From assembly GCF_006345805.1 (NCBI RefSeq), contig NC_043003.1, forward strand, positions 48,360,001 through 48,424,000: DNA of 64,000 nucleotides, in the 5' to 3' direction. Of this stretch, positions 52,760 through 64,000 are shown piece by piece. The DNA is from Octopus sinensis. Lineage: Eukaryota. How positions within the stretch are numbered: position 1 is the stretch's first letter; each line of letters starts with the position of its first letter. The notes beneath the pieces were generated by a model that was not told where the DNA came from, did not search any database, and was given only the letters and a program-made list of their open reading frames with translations. The position numbers were made by a program, and so were the translations under genes.

Positions 52760-53441
52760 CATGTATGTATGTATACACACACATTCGACAGACTTCTTTC
52801 AGTTTCTGTCTACCAAATCCACTTACAAGGCTTTGGGTGCCACACAGTGGGACTGAACCATATGGTTGGGAAGCAAGCTTCTTACCTCAACCACACACTC
52901 ACAGTCATACATGTGTGATATATCATACCTATTTCTTTACTACCCACAAGGGGATAAACACAGAGGGGAGAAACAAGGGCAGATAAACGAATTAAATCAA
53001 TTATATCAACCCCAATGCGTAACTGGTGCTTAATTTATCGACCCCGAAAGGATGATAGGCCAAGTCGACCTCGGTGGAATTTGAACTCAGAACGCAGCAG
53101 CGGACGAAATACCACAAGGCATTTTGCCCGGCGTGCTAACGTTTCTGCCAGCTCGCCGCCTTATGTGTGATATATCACACCATCATCATAAGACAGCAAA
53201 CTGACAGAATCCTTATCATGTCAGATGAATAATTAATCAAGTCATTCAGGAAGGCGTCATCCCCAATGACTGATGTAATAGTATTATAGTTACCTGCTAC
53301 AAGGTTAAAGGTGATGCTTAAGATAGAAACAACTACAGAGGTATCAAACTACTGGACCAGGTCATGAAAGTTACAGAGAGCATTATAGCTCAATTGATTA
53401 GGAATAAGGAATTTAACTAGATGAGATGCAGTCTTGTTTTG
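52019..53441. repeat. ~500-bp inverted duplication (RT fragment + SINE + microsatellite) with ~200-bp spacer; right arm interrupted by a younger SINE
   Basis: 52019-52295 is the reverse complement of 53163-53441, and 52296-52512 of 52715-52929. Confidence 0.88.
52930..53162 (-). mobile_element. Young CORE-like tRNA-derived SINE with 19-bp TSD
   Basis: Head ggcggcgagctggcagaaacgttag...gagttcaaattcc and body catcctttcggggtcgataaattaag. TSD atgtgtgatatatca(t/c)acc at 52911-52929 and 53163-53181; CpGs retained. Confidence 0.8.
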
Positions 53442-53682
53442 TTGTGTGTATCTTTGTGCATGTGTTTGTCCCCCTTTCTGGTGTTGCTGTGTTTATGTCC
53501 CTGTCACTTAGTGCTTCTTGGCAAAAGAGACTGATAGGATAACTACCAGGCTTAACAACAAAATAAGTATTGAGGTCGATTCATTCAACTGAAACAATTT
53601 GTTCAAAGATGGTGCCTCAGCAAGGTCACAGTCTAATGACTTAAATAAGTAAAAGATATATATATATATATATATATAAAGA

Positions 53683-53943
53683 TCATTGATTAGAGAACAA
53701 TCATCAAATTTGGGCCAATGACTTTATATAACTCTACGCTTGTATACATTTCATCATATACAAATAATACCATGGCCTTTAACATATAAAAGAAATACAT
53801 ACATAAGCACAGAAGGTGCTTATGTATGTATTCCTTTTATATGTTGAGGACCATAGTATTATTTGTGTATGATGAAATGTATGGAAGCATGGGATCATAT
53901 AAAGTTGTTGGCCCGAATTTGATGTATGTTCTCTAATCAATGA
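53683..53943. repeat. Foldback element: two 128-bp arms around a 5-nt loop (agaag, 53811-53815)
   Basis: Arms are collinear reverse complements, ~85% identical by eye and perfect near the loop (atacatacataagcac/gtgcttatgtatgtat). Confidence 0.9.
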
Positions 53944-54060
53944 ATTTTTTGTCTCAGTCTCAATTTCATTAGGGCACTTTTTTTTGCAGTCTATATATCT
54001 TTTTTTGTTTCCATAAAAAGAAACGAAAATTATTTCTTGTCACACACACACATATATACA

Positions 54061-54480
54061 TTGGGTCATCCCGTAGATAATGTGGTTTTATTTTATTTTT
54101 CAAAATTAAGACAAACAACGTTATTTTTTAATCTAAAATATATTCTTCATTTTCTACAATGCTTTTCTATCTATCTGGTAGACTCGCAATTATTCTCTTC
54201 CAAAATTCACTTGTCTGTGATGAAAAATACTCCTCCAGTTCTGACCTTGTCTACAGAATTCATATTTTTTCTGTCCAAATGATTTTGATGACTGGAATAA
54301 AAGATAATCAGATGGGGCAATGTCAGGTGAATATAGTGGGTGGGGCACTGTTTCCCATTCAAACTGCTCCTGCCTTTGGAATGTCATCGTCGCTGTATGT
54401 GACTGAGTATTATCCTGATGGAAGAACATCTTTTGTCTTGTAATCAAAGATGGTCATTTTCCTTCTAGCTCTGACTTAAG
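54061..54480 (-). mobile_element. mariner (DD34D) 3' fragment with TIR
   Basis: FFHQDNTQSH...WETVPHPLYSPDIAPSDYLLF; TIR ttgggtcatcccgtagataatg. More decayed sequence may extend to ~54.9 kb. Confidence 0.85.
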
Positions 54481-55079
54481 CTGCTCAAGCTGCTTGCAGT
54501 AGATCTCCTTTGTTATCATTTGGTTTGGGTTTAAAAGTTCAAAGTGGACTAAACCTTTCATATCCCAAAAAGCAGATAACAACACCTCATGTGGGTGAAG
54601 ACCTTCTTTAGACTGGGTTGCTGGTGTTTCTCCTTTCTCTACCTACTGTCTTTGGCACATTTTTATCAAGAATCTATTTCTCATCACTGTTCAGTCCAAA
54701 AAAGGTTCATTCATGAGATGTGACAGCAAAGAAGAGCACACATTCACTCTCTACATGCGATTAGACTCTGAAAGTTTGTAAGGAATCCATTCACCCAATT
54801 TGCTGACTTTTCTGATGGCATGCAGGTATCGATGAATGGCTGAATGACCAAATTCAAGCTTCTCTGCTAGTTACTCAACAGTGACAATAGGATTTTATTC
54901 TACCAGGGTATGCAGGACATCCTTGCTGAGTTCTACAGATCTTACAGGATGAGGCTCATGAAATCACTGTTGACACTGGCTTACACTCATTATCCAATCC
55001 CCATATACTACATTAATATTGCTCACATTTTCCATTTAACATCCACTTCCCATGCTAGCAAGGGTTATTTATATATATA

Positions 55080-55458
55080 CTCTTTTACTTGTTTCAGTCA
55101 TTTGACTACGGCCATGCTGGAGCACCGCCTTTAGTCGAGCAAATCGACCCCAGGACTTATTCTTTGTAAGCCCAGTACTTATTCTATCGGTCCCTTTTTG
55201 CCGAACCGCTAAGTGACGGGTACATAAACACACCAGCATCGGTTGTCAAGCAATGCTAGGGAGACAACACACACACACACATATATATATACATATATAC
55301 GACAGGCTTCTTTCAGTTTCCGTCTACCAAATTCACTCACAAGGCATTGTCGGCCTGGGGCTATAGCAGAAGACACTTGCCCGAGATGCCACGCAGTGGG
55401 ACTGAACCCGGAACCATGTGGTTGGTTAGCAAGCTACTTACCACACAGCCACTCCTGC
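55080..55458 (-). mobile_element. Full-length tRNA-derived SINE
   Basis: Same family as 22752-23141. Confidence 0.88.
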
Positions 55459-55486
55459 TATACATACATATATATTTTCTCACACC

Positions 55487-55535
55487 GTCTTTTATGAAGG
55501 GATATCCATAATATCCCAGAAAAATGCTGTAAGAC
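55487..55535 (+). ncRNA. Core-mutated copy of the 50465 hammerhead family
   Basis: GTCT-TTTATGA-A-GGGATAT-CCATA-ATATCCC-A-GAAA-AATGCTG-TA-AGAC. Stems I and II are intact but CUGA has changed to UUUA. Confidence 0.5.
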
Positions 55536-55934
55536 TATTTCATTATAAATGTCCTGAAAACTCCTCACAGACTTGGCTTTTTTATCTTATTCTGCCTAAT
55601 ATATATACATACACCAGGCAAAATTGCGAGGATGATCCGGTTCTTGACTGAGGATAGAAAGCTTCAAATGACCTGTCGTTGCTTTTTTGTATCATGTATC
55701 TGGATGTTTTGCTGTCCCTTTTTGTATCACCTAGTTGTCTGGATGTTTTGTTTTTGATTTTGTCAACTACACAATATAGTATGGTCAGTTGGTCATGATC
55801 TGTGAGAAAAACAGCACCATGACACAATTCATTCTGCCAGAAATTTGGAAATGACATGCTGTAGTGCTTGGCATTCATGCTAGAAGCTTGAATATGAACA
55901 GATGGTGAATACACAGAACAACCATTGGCTTGCT

Positions 55935-56575
55935 GTGTCCCCAAAACATGTACTGAGAGTGATAAAAATCAAACATCCAGTTAACATCATGACATTTTGG
56001 AGTGATCACTAGTGATGATGACATTATGCCTCCATTCATCTTCCTCACCACCTCAGACTCAACACGGAGGCCTACATCAACTACTTGGAGGAGATAGTGA
56101 TGCTCTGGGTCAAGAGGGTGACTGCTGGAAGACCTATGTCTGGCAACAGCATTCTGCACTATGCCACACAAACAGGAGAACCCAGTCATGGCTGTCAAAC
56201 AATTTCTGCAACCACATCACCCCTAACATCAGGCCACCTAACTCCCCAGACTGCAATCCCCTTGATTATTATGTATGGGGTGCAGTTGCGCAAGAGACCA
56301 ACAAAACTCCTTGCAACACCAAAAATGAAATGAAGGTAAGGATTATAGCAGCATTCACCAAATTAAACAAAGAGACCATTCAAAAGAGTTGCAGGAGATT
56401 CCAAAGTTATCAGGAGGCCGTGGTTGAAGCCAATAGTGATTTTATTGAATAAATATACTCTTTAGTATTTTTAAGATATTTTAATGTAATTTTGGTAAAT
56501 ATATATATATTAAAATGAGATGTCAGTGTTATTTTCATTTTTGTGTAATTTAGAGGACAGTTTATTCACCACACC

Positions 56576-56578
<3 letters not shown>
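55935..56578 (+). mobile_element. DD37D (maT-type) Tc1/mariner 3' fragment
   Basis: YVWQQ(H)SALCH...PPNSPDCNPLDYYVWG, with 37 residues between the second and third catalytic positions. Ends caccctg followed by (TA)n. Confidence 0.8.

Positions 56579-56622
<44 letters not shown>
56579..56622. repeat. (TA)n microsatellite
   Basis: Pure TA run; similar runs at ~43862-43890, 44262-44292, 49082-49136 and 50900-51010. Confidence 0.95.
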
Positions 56623-56629
<7 letters not shown>

Positions 56630-57844
56630 AATTAATATAGAGACAAACACTGATAAACGAGAAATGAACAAGTAAGTTCTATTTTTTAAGGCATGATAAG
56701 TGCATTTCAGAAATATATTTCTGTTTTATAGATCTTATCAAGTCACAATGAAGGCATTTGAAAAATTTTTGAAATATTTTGTTTTTAAAACCAAGATTAA
56801 AATTGAAATGAAATACCTCAAAAAAGAAATTGGTCAGAAATGAAAGTGAAAAGTGCATAAGAACCATTTGAGTCATACATGATCTTGAATGCACTTATCT
56901 GTTGTTGTTATCTTTCTTATTCAATACATTTTGTATTTGCTCCAACTACTATTTTGACAAGTGTTTTTAAAATAAAAGAATCATCATCATCATTTAAGAT
57001 TCGTTCTCCATGATGACATGGGATGGATAGTTCAATAGTAGGCCAGAAAATTGGGTTAACCTCCAGTACCTGTTTTGATATGGTATCTCTGGCTGGTTGC
57101 CCTTTCTAATGTCAATTGCTTTTCAAAGTGTACTGGATACATTTTTTTATATATGACACTACACAGATCACCAAGTAGTTCATAAGACAAGAATCCTCAA
57201 CTGAAGCGGAGAGTAATATTGAGGGAGGATGATTTATACTAGGTGATGAGAGGGCAAAGTATGATAGAGTGACAGGAAACAAGTGTCTTGCTGTTGGGGA
57301 GATACATTGTTATCTCAGTTGGAAAAGCAAGAAATGAGAAGATATTGAATATTAGGAATCTTTTGAAATATTTTGTATGGGCATGTCTACATGATTAAGA
57401 AGTTTACTTCCCAATCATGTGATTTTGTGTTCAATTTCACTGCTTAGTACCCTGGGCAAGTATCTTTTACTAAAGCCCAAAGTAGATTTGAGAAGAAAGT
57501 AAGCTTTGGATGTAAAAGGTATGGAGAAATAAACTAGAGGAGATGAATTCTGGTTCTGTTGTGAATACATATTTTTGTAACTAGTAAAGTCTTCAGATAA
57601 TTTACTGTAGATGAGGAGGTTGTTGAGTTGGTGAAGTGCTTCTTACCTGTAGAGGTCAATCTGCCAGACCACAATAAAACCATTCTTATTGGTTGTTTTG
57701 ATGATGATATTATACCAGTTGCAGAGTTTCCAGAGAGCTCTGAGTTCTTAAATGGAAAATTTTAATCTCTCATGTTATTGTCTTTTTTAAATTGAAGCTG
57801 CCCAATTCATATTGACACTTTTAAAGAAATAGGTCATCAAATCC

Positions 57845-58268
57845 GATGACTGGCATCCGTGCTAGTGGAGCGCTAAGAGCACCATCTGAGCATGATCGTT
57901 GCCAGAGCAGCTAACTGGCTTCCGTGCGGTGACACGTAAAAAGCACCATTGATCGTTATCACATGAAAAAAAAACATTTGAGCAAGGTCGTTTCCAGTGC
58001 TGCTGGACTGGCTCCTGTGCAGATGGCAAGTAAAAAACACCATTTGAGTGTGGCCATTGCCAGTACCGCCTGACTGGCTCTCGTGCCGGCGACACGTAAA
58101 AGCACCCACTACACTCTCGGAGTGGTTGGCATTTGGAAGGACATCCAGCTGTAGAAACCCTGCCAGATCAGATTGGAGCTTGGTGCAGCCATCTGGTTCG
58201 CCAGTCCTCAGTCAAATCGTCCAACTCATGCTAGCATGGAAAGTGGATGTTAAACAATGATGATGATG
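57845..58268 (+). mobile_element. RTE-type 3'-tail repeat, long CpG-retaining copy
   Basis: Repeated cacgtaaaa(a)gcacc units, ggagtggttggc...aaggacatccagctgtagaaacc, and a (GAT)n tail. Confidence 0.8.
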
Positions 58269-58727
58269 AGGTCAAGCAAGACCTAAGTTGGGTGTCTTTT
58301 CAGTGGGTTAGACAGATAAAACACTTGGTATCAGCATGAACTTGTTTAGTCTCTTTTGAGGATAGGATGTAAAGTTTAGGCCTGTAGTAAGAGGGCTTCC
58401 GAGAGAGGAAGATCTCTCATGATAATGATCGGTGCAGATAATTTGGGGATCATTGTTATCTGAAGAGTAGGCAGAATTAATGATTTTTAGGCTGATCATT
58501 TGTGCTTAAATTTTATTGTATAGAAGCCTAATAGTGTTTAATATAAAATGATACACTCTTATTGATAGAGTCTCATGAGTGTGTGCAAATGTGAGTCTGT
58601 GGTAAATAAAGCTTTCATTCAAGCAGCCCCGTTTGACTAACTGCAATTATTATTACAGTTTTAAAAAAACAATAAACAAACAAAACAAAAAGCAACAACA
58701 ACAATGGTATTTCAACTGATATAAGGC

Positions 58728-59200
58728 ACAGGTATGGCTGAGTGGTTAAGAAGTTTGCTTCCAAACCACATGGTTTTGGGTTCAGTTCCTTTACATGGTA
58801 GCTTGGACAAGTGTCTTCTATTATAGAGCTGGGCTGACTAAAGCCTTGTGAGTGGATCTGGTTGACAGAAATGAAAAAGTCTATCATGTATATACCATCA
58901 TCATTGTTTAACATCTGCCTTCCATGCTGGCTATTGGTTAGATGATTTGAGAGGAGCCATCAAGTAGAAGACTACACCAAGCTTTTGTCTGTTTTGGCAT
59001 GGTTTTTATGGCTGGATGTCCTTCCTAACACCAAGCATCCCTGCAGAGCGGACTGAGAGTTTTTTTACGTGGCATTAGCATAGGCAAGGTCAGTTTTGGC
59101 ATGGCTTTTACAGCTGGATGCCTTTTTCCAAATGCCTACCACTTCACAGTGTGGACTGGATGCTTTTTATGTGGCACCAGCACAGGCAGGGTCACCAAGT
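58728..59200. mobile_element. tRNA-SINE (+, 58728-58880) joined tail-to-tail with an RTE-tail repeat (-, 58895-59200)
   Basis: Similarity to other in-window copies. Confidence 0.65.
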
Positions 59201-60056
59201 AACTTGCAAGACAAGGAATTTTTGAGAGGGGAGGGGGAATTGGAGGTGATCTTGTGTCAGAAGATGAAAGGTTAGAGTGTGTATGTATGTATGCATGAGT
59301 GTGTGTATATGTGTATGTGGGAGTGTGTTTGTGTCACCTTGTCTTGATATCATGTGGTTGCAGTAAAGGAAAGCTATTCTTTTACAATAGTTTGTGAAAA
59401 CATGTCTGGTAATAGGGAAATATTACCTTGCTTAGAAACAGGTAAGAATTGGTGACAGGAAGTGCATCCAACTGTAGAAATCTGCTTCAACAAACTTCAT
59501 CCAGAAAAGTGAACATTAAAAAGATGATGATGATGATGACGACAATGACAATGATGATAATGATATTAAAAAGGATTTTAAATAAAGAATGAAGCAATCA
59601 TTCTGTTGTTGAAAGGTCATTTAAGTCATTGAAAAATAATTTAACAATTGATGATGGCATTTTATGGAATTAAGAATTGCTTCACCATCTTAATTGAGTA
59701 AGTCGATGATAAAATATGTGTATGATAAGGAACATTAATGGCTCAATGGCAACAAGAAAGTGAGTTGAAATCTGAAAAATGTTATCTACGATGCAGAGAA
59801 GATGTAGAATTATATGTAAAATGTCTAATGCATACTAGACTAAAACTGGAATTACCTTTCACAAAGTAGAATTTCGATGCATGTGTTTCGGGATTCTGTT
59901 TAAGTAAAGAATTTAGGACTTTTCTTGTGTATATTTCTTGAATTTAGTGCAAATTGGAATGCAAGGAAAACAAAAGTAAATTCTACAATGTCTTTCTGAA
60001 AGGTGTATAGTATATTACATCTTTCTAACAGTCATTGTGACATTTACTTTTGTATA

Positions 60057-60760
60057 CAAGGGTTGGCTGAAAAGTTAATAGATTCACCAAGGTACTCGTA
60101 TGGAATGTGACCAAATGAGGTTTATTTTTCAAAATAGTCCCCCTTGTAGTCCACACACTTCTTCCAATATTATTGTAGTACTTGGATCCAGTTGGTGAAG
60201 AATCTTTCATCCTGTTGGTCAAAAATGTCATCAACAACAGACATGATGTTCTCATCACTGCGATACTGGTTTCCGGCCAAGTGATTTTTCATGTTGGGGA
60301 ACAAATGATAGTCAGATGGGGCCAAATCAGGAAAATTGGGAGACTGATCAACCAGTTCAAAGCCATAGTCATGCACAATAGCTTTTGAAAGAAAGGACTT
60401 GTGTGCCAGAACATCGTCCTGATGAAGCAAAACCTCTTTTGTCAGTTTTCCTGGGTGTTTGGCCTCGATAGCCTTTTGTAACTACCTCAGTAAGTTGGCA
60501 TAAGACTCTCTATTGATGGTGTGGCCCTTTTGAAGATAGTCAATAAACACAATATCTTTTGCATACAAAAGAACCGAGGCCATCACCTTCCCTTCTTTGG
60601 AGCAGGTGTGAAGGGTGTGTTTCTACAGAATGGATTGTTTCTTTGTCCAGCACTGTTGATGAAGCTGAAGCATCATCCTCTAATGTAGCAACCATGTCAG
60701 CATTAATGTCTTTGGGGGATAAACCCTTTTTCTGCAGATACTTGAGAACATGATGATGTC
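60057..60760 (-). mobile_element. mariner (DD34D) fragment with TIR
   Basis: LHQDDVLAHKS...SPNFPDLAPSDYHLFPNMK; TA|caagggttggctgaaaagtt terminus. Confidence 0.85.
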
Positions 60761-61122
60761 AAATTTTATCCATTTTCTAGAAAAGTTGTTACTAGTTGCT
60801 TTTGAAGTGTCCTTCAAACAGTTAGATGTCAGTTTACTTGGAAAGAAAGAATGCAGTTATCAATAAGAGCTGAAATTAATGCATTCTAGGTTTTACAGCT
60901 CTAGCATCACTCCTTCATAGTCAATCTATGAATCTTTTAGCCAACCTTCATAATGATAATGAAGGAATAAGCTCCAATAATTATGTGACACTACTATACA
61001 ATACTTCAAGTGAAAACAGACAGCCTTTGAGAAGATGATCACTTAACATGTAAGTGAGCTGTAGGAATACATACAATAAGAATGATACAGTATGCAAATG
61101 AAATCTCTCAATGCATGTTTAA

Positions 61123-61333
61123 CCCTTTCGTTACCGTATTTATTTTGAGAAGCTCTGTGTTTCTTTCAATTAATTTTAAATATAACAAAGAATTTACTAA
61201 AACAACTTAGTTATCATTAATCTAGTGTTAGGAATATAAATTGTGACTAAAGTTTGGTGGAAGATTTTATTTCAAGACTCATGTAAATAAGACATTTGTA
61301 CTCAGAGCCAGAGCCGGTTTGGTATCGAAAGGG
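61123..61333. mobile_element. piggyBac-like MITE (211 bp)
   Basis: TTAA|CCCTTTCGTTACC...GGTATCGAAAGGG|TTAA; TIRs match at 12 of 13 positions. Confidence 0.85.
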
Positions 61334-62864
61334 TTAAAATAACATAACATAACCCTCATTCAGATTTAAGTAACCAGGTGGCAGGTTACAAATAGTTTTT
61401 GTTGACAGTCTCAGAGAAAGATGCTGTGTATTAATTGGTTGACTAGTTGCTTCATTGTTGTCGAAGTCCTGGCTGTCACAGTCCAACCCATGCCCATTGC
61501 TAAGGGGATGCACTAGATAGGATTGCCCCCCCCACTCACTATTCAATGGTGCACCCTCAGATTTGCTCTACTTAAGCATTTTTATAAATTAGTGCCCTCC
61601 CAGAATATTTTGAAGCACCCCCAGAAACTAAAGTCTAGTGACAGGCCTGATCCACCTATACCTCAAGATAGATCGTTGGTTTTATGATATAAGCTTTAAG
61701 TTGGACCCAATGTTGCTTTCACATGTTATGCTCCATTTTGATCATGTACAGTGTAGGGCTCAAGATTGTGACTATAGTTCCTGGTAATGAATGCAGTCCA
61801 CCTGCAAAATTCTAAGTGAAAACTGGAAATCAAGTTACAGGTCCACTTGATTTCTTTTCATTCTGGCATTGAATTCACAACATCAGAATTTTGGTTGAAT
61901 TCCTTCTTTCAGATGTATATTTAATATAATTTAAATGCTTTATCTTGATACATAACTGCAATTTCACAAATCCCTTTCACTGAAATTTTTTTGCCCATGA
62001 TGAAAAAGCAGAATTTTGAGGAATTTCAGTTCAAATTTGTCTATTTATCACCATTTGCTGAGCATGGCTATGAACACAACTGTTTTAGAATTTTAATGAA
62101 CTTGTTTGCATTAAATTAGTTGTTTCTAATGTAATATTTCTTGAAACAGAATATTTGCACACCATGATCATGTTGTTAAGAAGCTCACTTTGCAACCACA
62201 TACTTCTGGGTCCAGTCTTGCAACAGCTTAGTCCCGTTGTTATCCAAAATGCAAAAGAAACAAAAGTAACATCTACATGAACTGTTAGAAAGACATATTA
62301 TGATAATAATAGTTTAACATTCTGATACAAAGCCTGCAATTCTAGGGGAAGGGGGCTTATCAATTACTGATCTCAGTACTCAACAGGTACTTATTTTAAT
62401 GACCCTGAATGGATAACAGTCAAAGTTGACCTTGGCAAAACTTTAGCATAGAATGTTAAGAACCAGAAGAAATGCTGCTGGCATTTTATCAGACATGCTA
62501 ATGATTCTCTCATGTTGATGTCTTAATGATGAGGAAAAAAGGAATGAGGTTCAGTAATTAGGTGATACTATTTTATAGCATGTCAAGTAACAAGAGACGT
62601 TTATGTGAATAATCACTGTATGTGTGTTTGAAAATATAATAAAAGCAATGTAATGTGCAAACTGACTCTCCCAGTTTCCATTTAAAGCAAAAACAACTGT
62701 TCTTAATGTTTGTTAATGCATATTAGTTGCCAAAATTTAGAATAAAGAGGCAGAACCAATTAACCAGAGATTAAGAAGTGTTATTTTGCAGAAATAGTGT
62801 TCCAGAAACATTAGTGCCTGACAATGCCAGAAAATTTCATGATAATGATTTGTGAATATGGCTT

Positions 62865-63200
62865 CATCATCGTTTTAATGTCCGTTCTCCATGCTAGCAT
62901 GGGTTGGACGGTTCGACCGGGGATCTGGGAAGCCAGAAGGCTGCACCAGGCTCCAGTCTTATCTGGCAATGTTTCTACAGCTGGATACCTTTCCTAACGC
63001 CAACCACTCCATGAGTGTAGTGGGTGCTTTTTACGTGCCACCTGCACAGGTGCCAGGCGAGGCTGTCAACGGCCATGGTCAGATTGGTGTATTTTATGTG
63101 CCACCGGCACGGAAGCCAGTCGAGGCTGTGCTGGCATCGGCCACGAGTCGGATAGTGCTTTTTACGTACCACCAGACCAGGGATCCTGGCTGGTTCAATT
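62865..63200 (-). mobile_element. RTE-type 3'-tail repeat
   Basis: Reverse complement of the 57845-58268 family. Confidence 0.8.
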
Positions 63201-63659
63201 CGATTTCGATAATAAATGTAAACCCATATAAACACCCCCATATTATCCAGAAGTAATTGGGACTCCTGAAAAAATAGTAACAAGTGTTAAAATAGGCTTC
63301 AAAGCTTACTTAGTAAGTAAAGGTATTATTAGTGCCTTTTTGAGTCACTAGATAATCCTGCTTTCTAAGGACTTTTAGTTTATTATCTTTGATGGATCCA
63401 AGTAACAATGTCTTATAAAACTGAAGCTACAGTTTAGTATTGAGGTAGAAGAAATGATGAATTACAAGCTAAATTTATTTCTCAAGGAGGCAATAGTGCT
63501 GCTGTGATTCTTAAAGAGTGAACAGGTAATGTCGATTAGCTTGTGTTGCTCAAATAAAGAATGACACAAATATTGACAGTAAACAAAATGTAAAGCCAGT
63601 CCCTCTAACTTTGAATGATATTCATTCAAGGCTCCATTCATAAAGATTGCGATATTCTT

Positions 63660-64000
63660 TTATTCTTTTACTTGTTTCAGTCATTTGACTACGGCCCTGC
63701 TGGAGCACCGCCTCACTTTTAGTTGAAGAAATCAACCCCAGGACTTATTCTTTGTAAGCCTAGTACTTATTCTATCAGTCTTTTTTGCTGAACCACTAAG
63801 TTACAGTGACCTAAACACACCAGCATTGGTTGTCAAGCGATGGTAGGGGGACAAATACAGACACACACATACACACAAATATATACATACATATAGATAT
63901 AAAATGGGCTTCTTCCTGTTTCTATTTACCAAACATACTCACAAGGCTTTGGTTAGCCTGAGGCTATAGTAGAAGACACTTGCCCAAGGTGTCTCACAGT
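63660..64000 (-). mobile_element. tRNA-derived SINE truncated by the window edge
   Basis: Same family as 22752-23141. Confidence 0.85.

Noticed and set aside
52227-52986. Several CV/HT-rich ORFs
   Set aside because: Translations of SINE plus microsatellite sequence.
1-64000. CRISPR arrays, rRNA or bona fide tRNA genes
   Set aside because: None seen; tRNA-like A/B boxes all belong to SINE heads.

Overview
AT-rich (~30-35% GC by eye), repeat-laden animal DNA. The SINE/MITE families and (TA)/(CA) microsatellites look like those of Octopus or another coleoid cephalopod (inference from recognised repeats). None of the single ORFs in the track is a real gene. Splicing by hand gives one minus-strand gene with an SRSF3/SRSF7/RBP1-type RRM: MTMVNRAVLDRIRGGYRIFVGDLGSRIGKNELERQFKSFGPITDIWVA-R-NPPGFAFLVFKYPEDAERAVRDLDG-R-SVSGRRVRVEHARPYQTRKPRGNSRRRGMGHSGGHWR-R. 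Its exons are 45102-44957, 11711-11634 and 9309-9196, joined by phase-2 GT-AG introns, the first 33.2 kb long. No RS-domain exon is visible in the window. The main candidate system is a pair of unannotated stop-containing ('poison') exons. One is a 158-nt cassette at 12787-12630; the other is a 679-nt CpG-retaining exon at 2471-1793, in the position of the vertebrate SRSF3 poison exon. Both carry (CUA/CCA)n tracts, suggesting AS-NMD autoregulation; a third 44-nt hairpin micro-exon candidate lies at 43811-43768. Upstream of the gene are several minimal hammerhead ribozyme motifs of the Penelope-element type (one with a complete core) and a cluster of inverted duplications. Intron 1 holds a young GG-terminal MITE with an 8-bp TSD filled by microsatellite. 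A CpG-rich zone around the first coding exon has a boundary that is visible from CpG decay in a duplicated repeat. The rest is decayed Tc1/mariner/Tigger, RTE LINE fragments, tRNA-SINEs and piggyBac-like MITEs. Coordinates were counted by eye; repeat boundaries are approximate.
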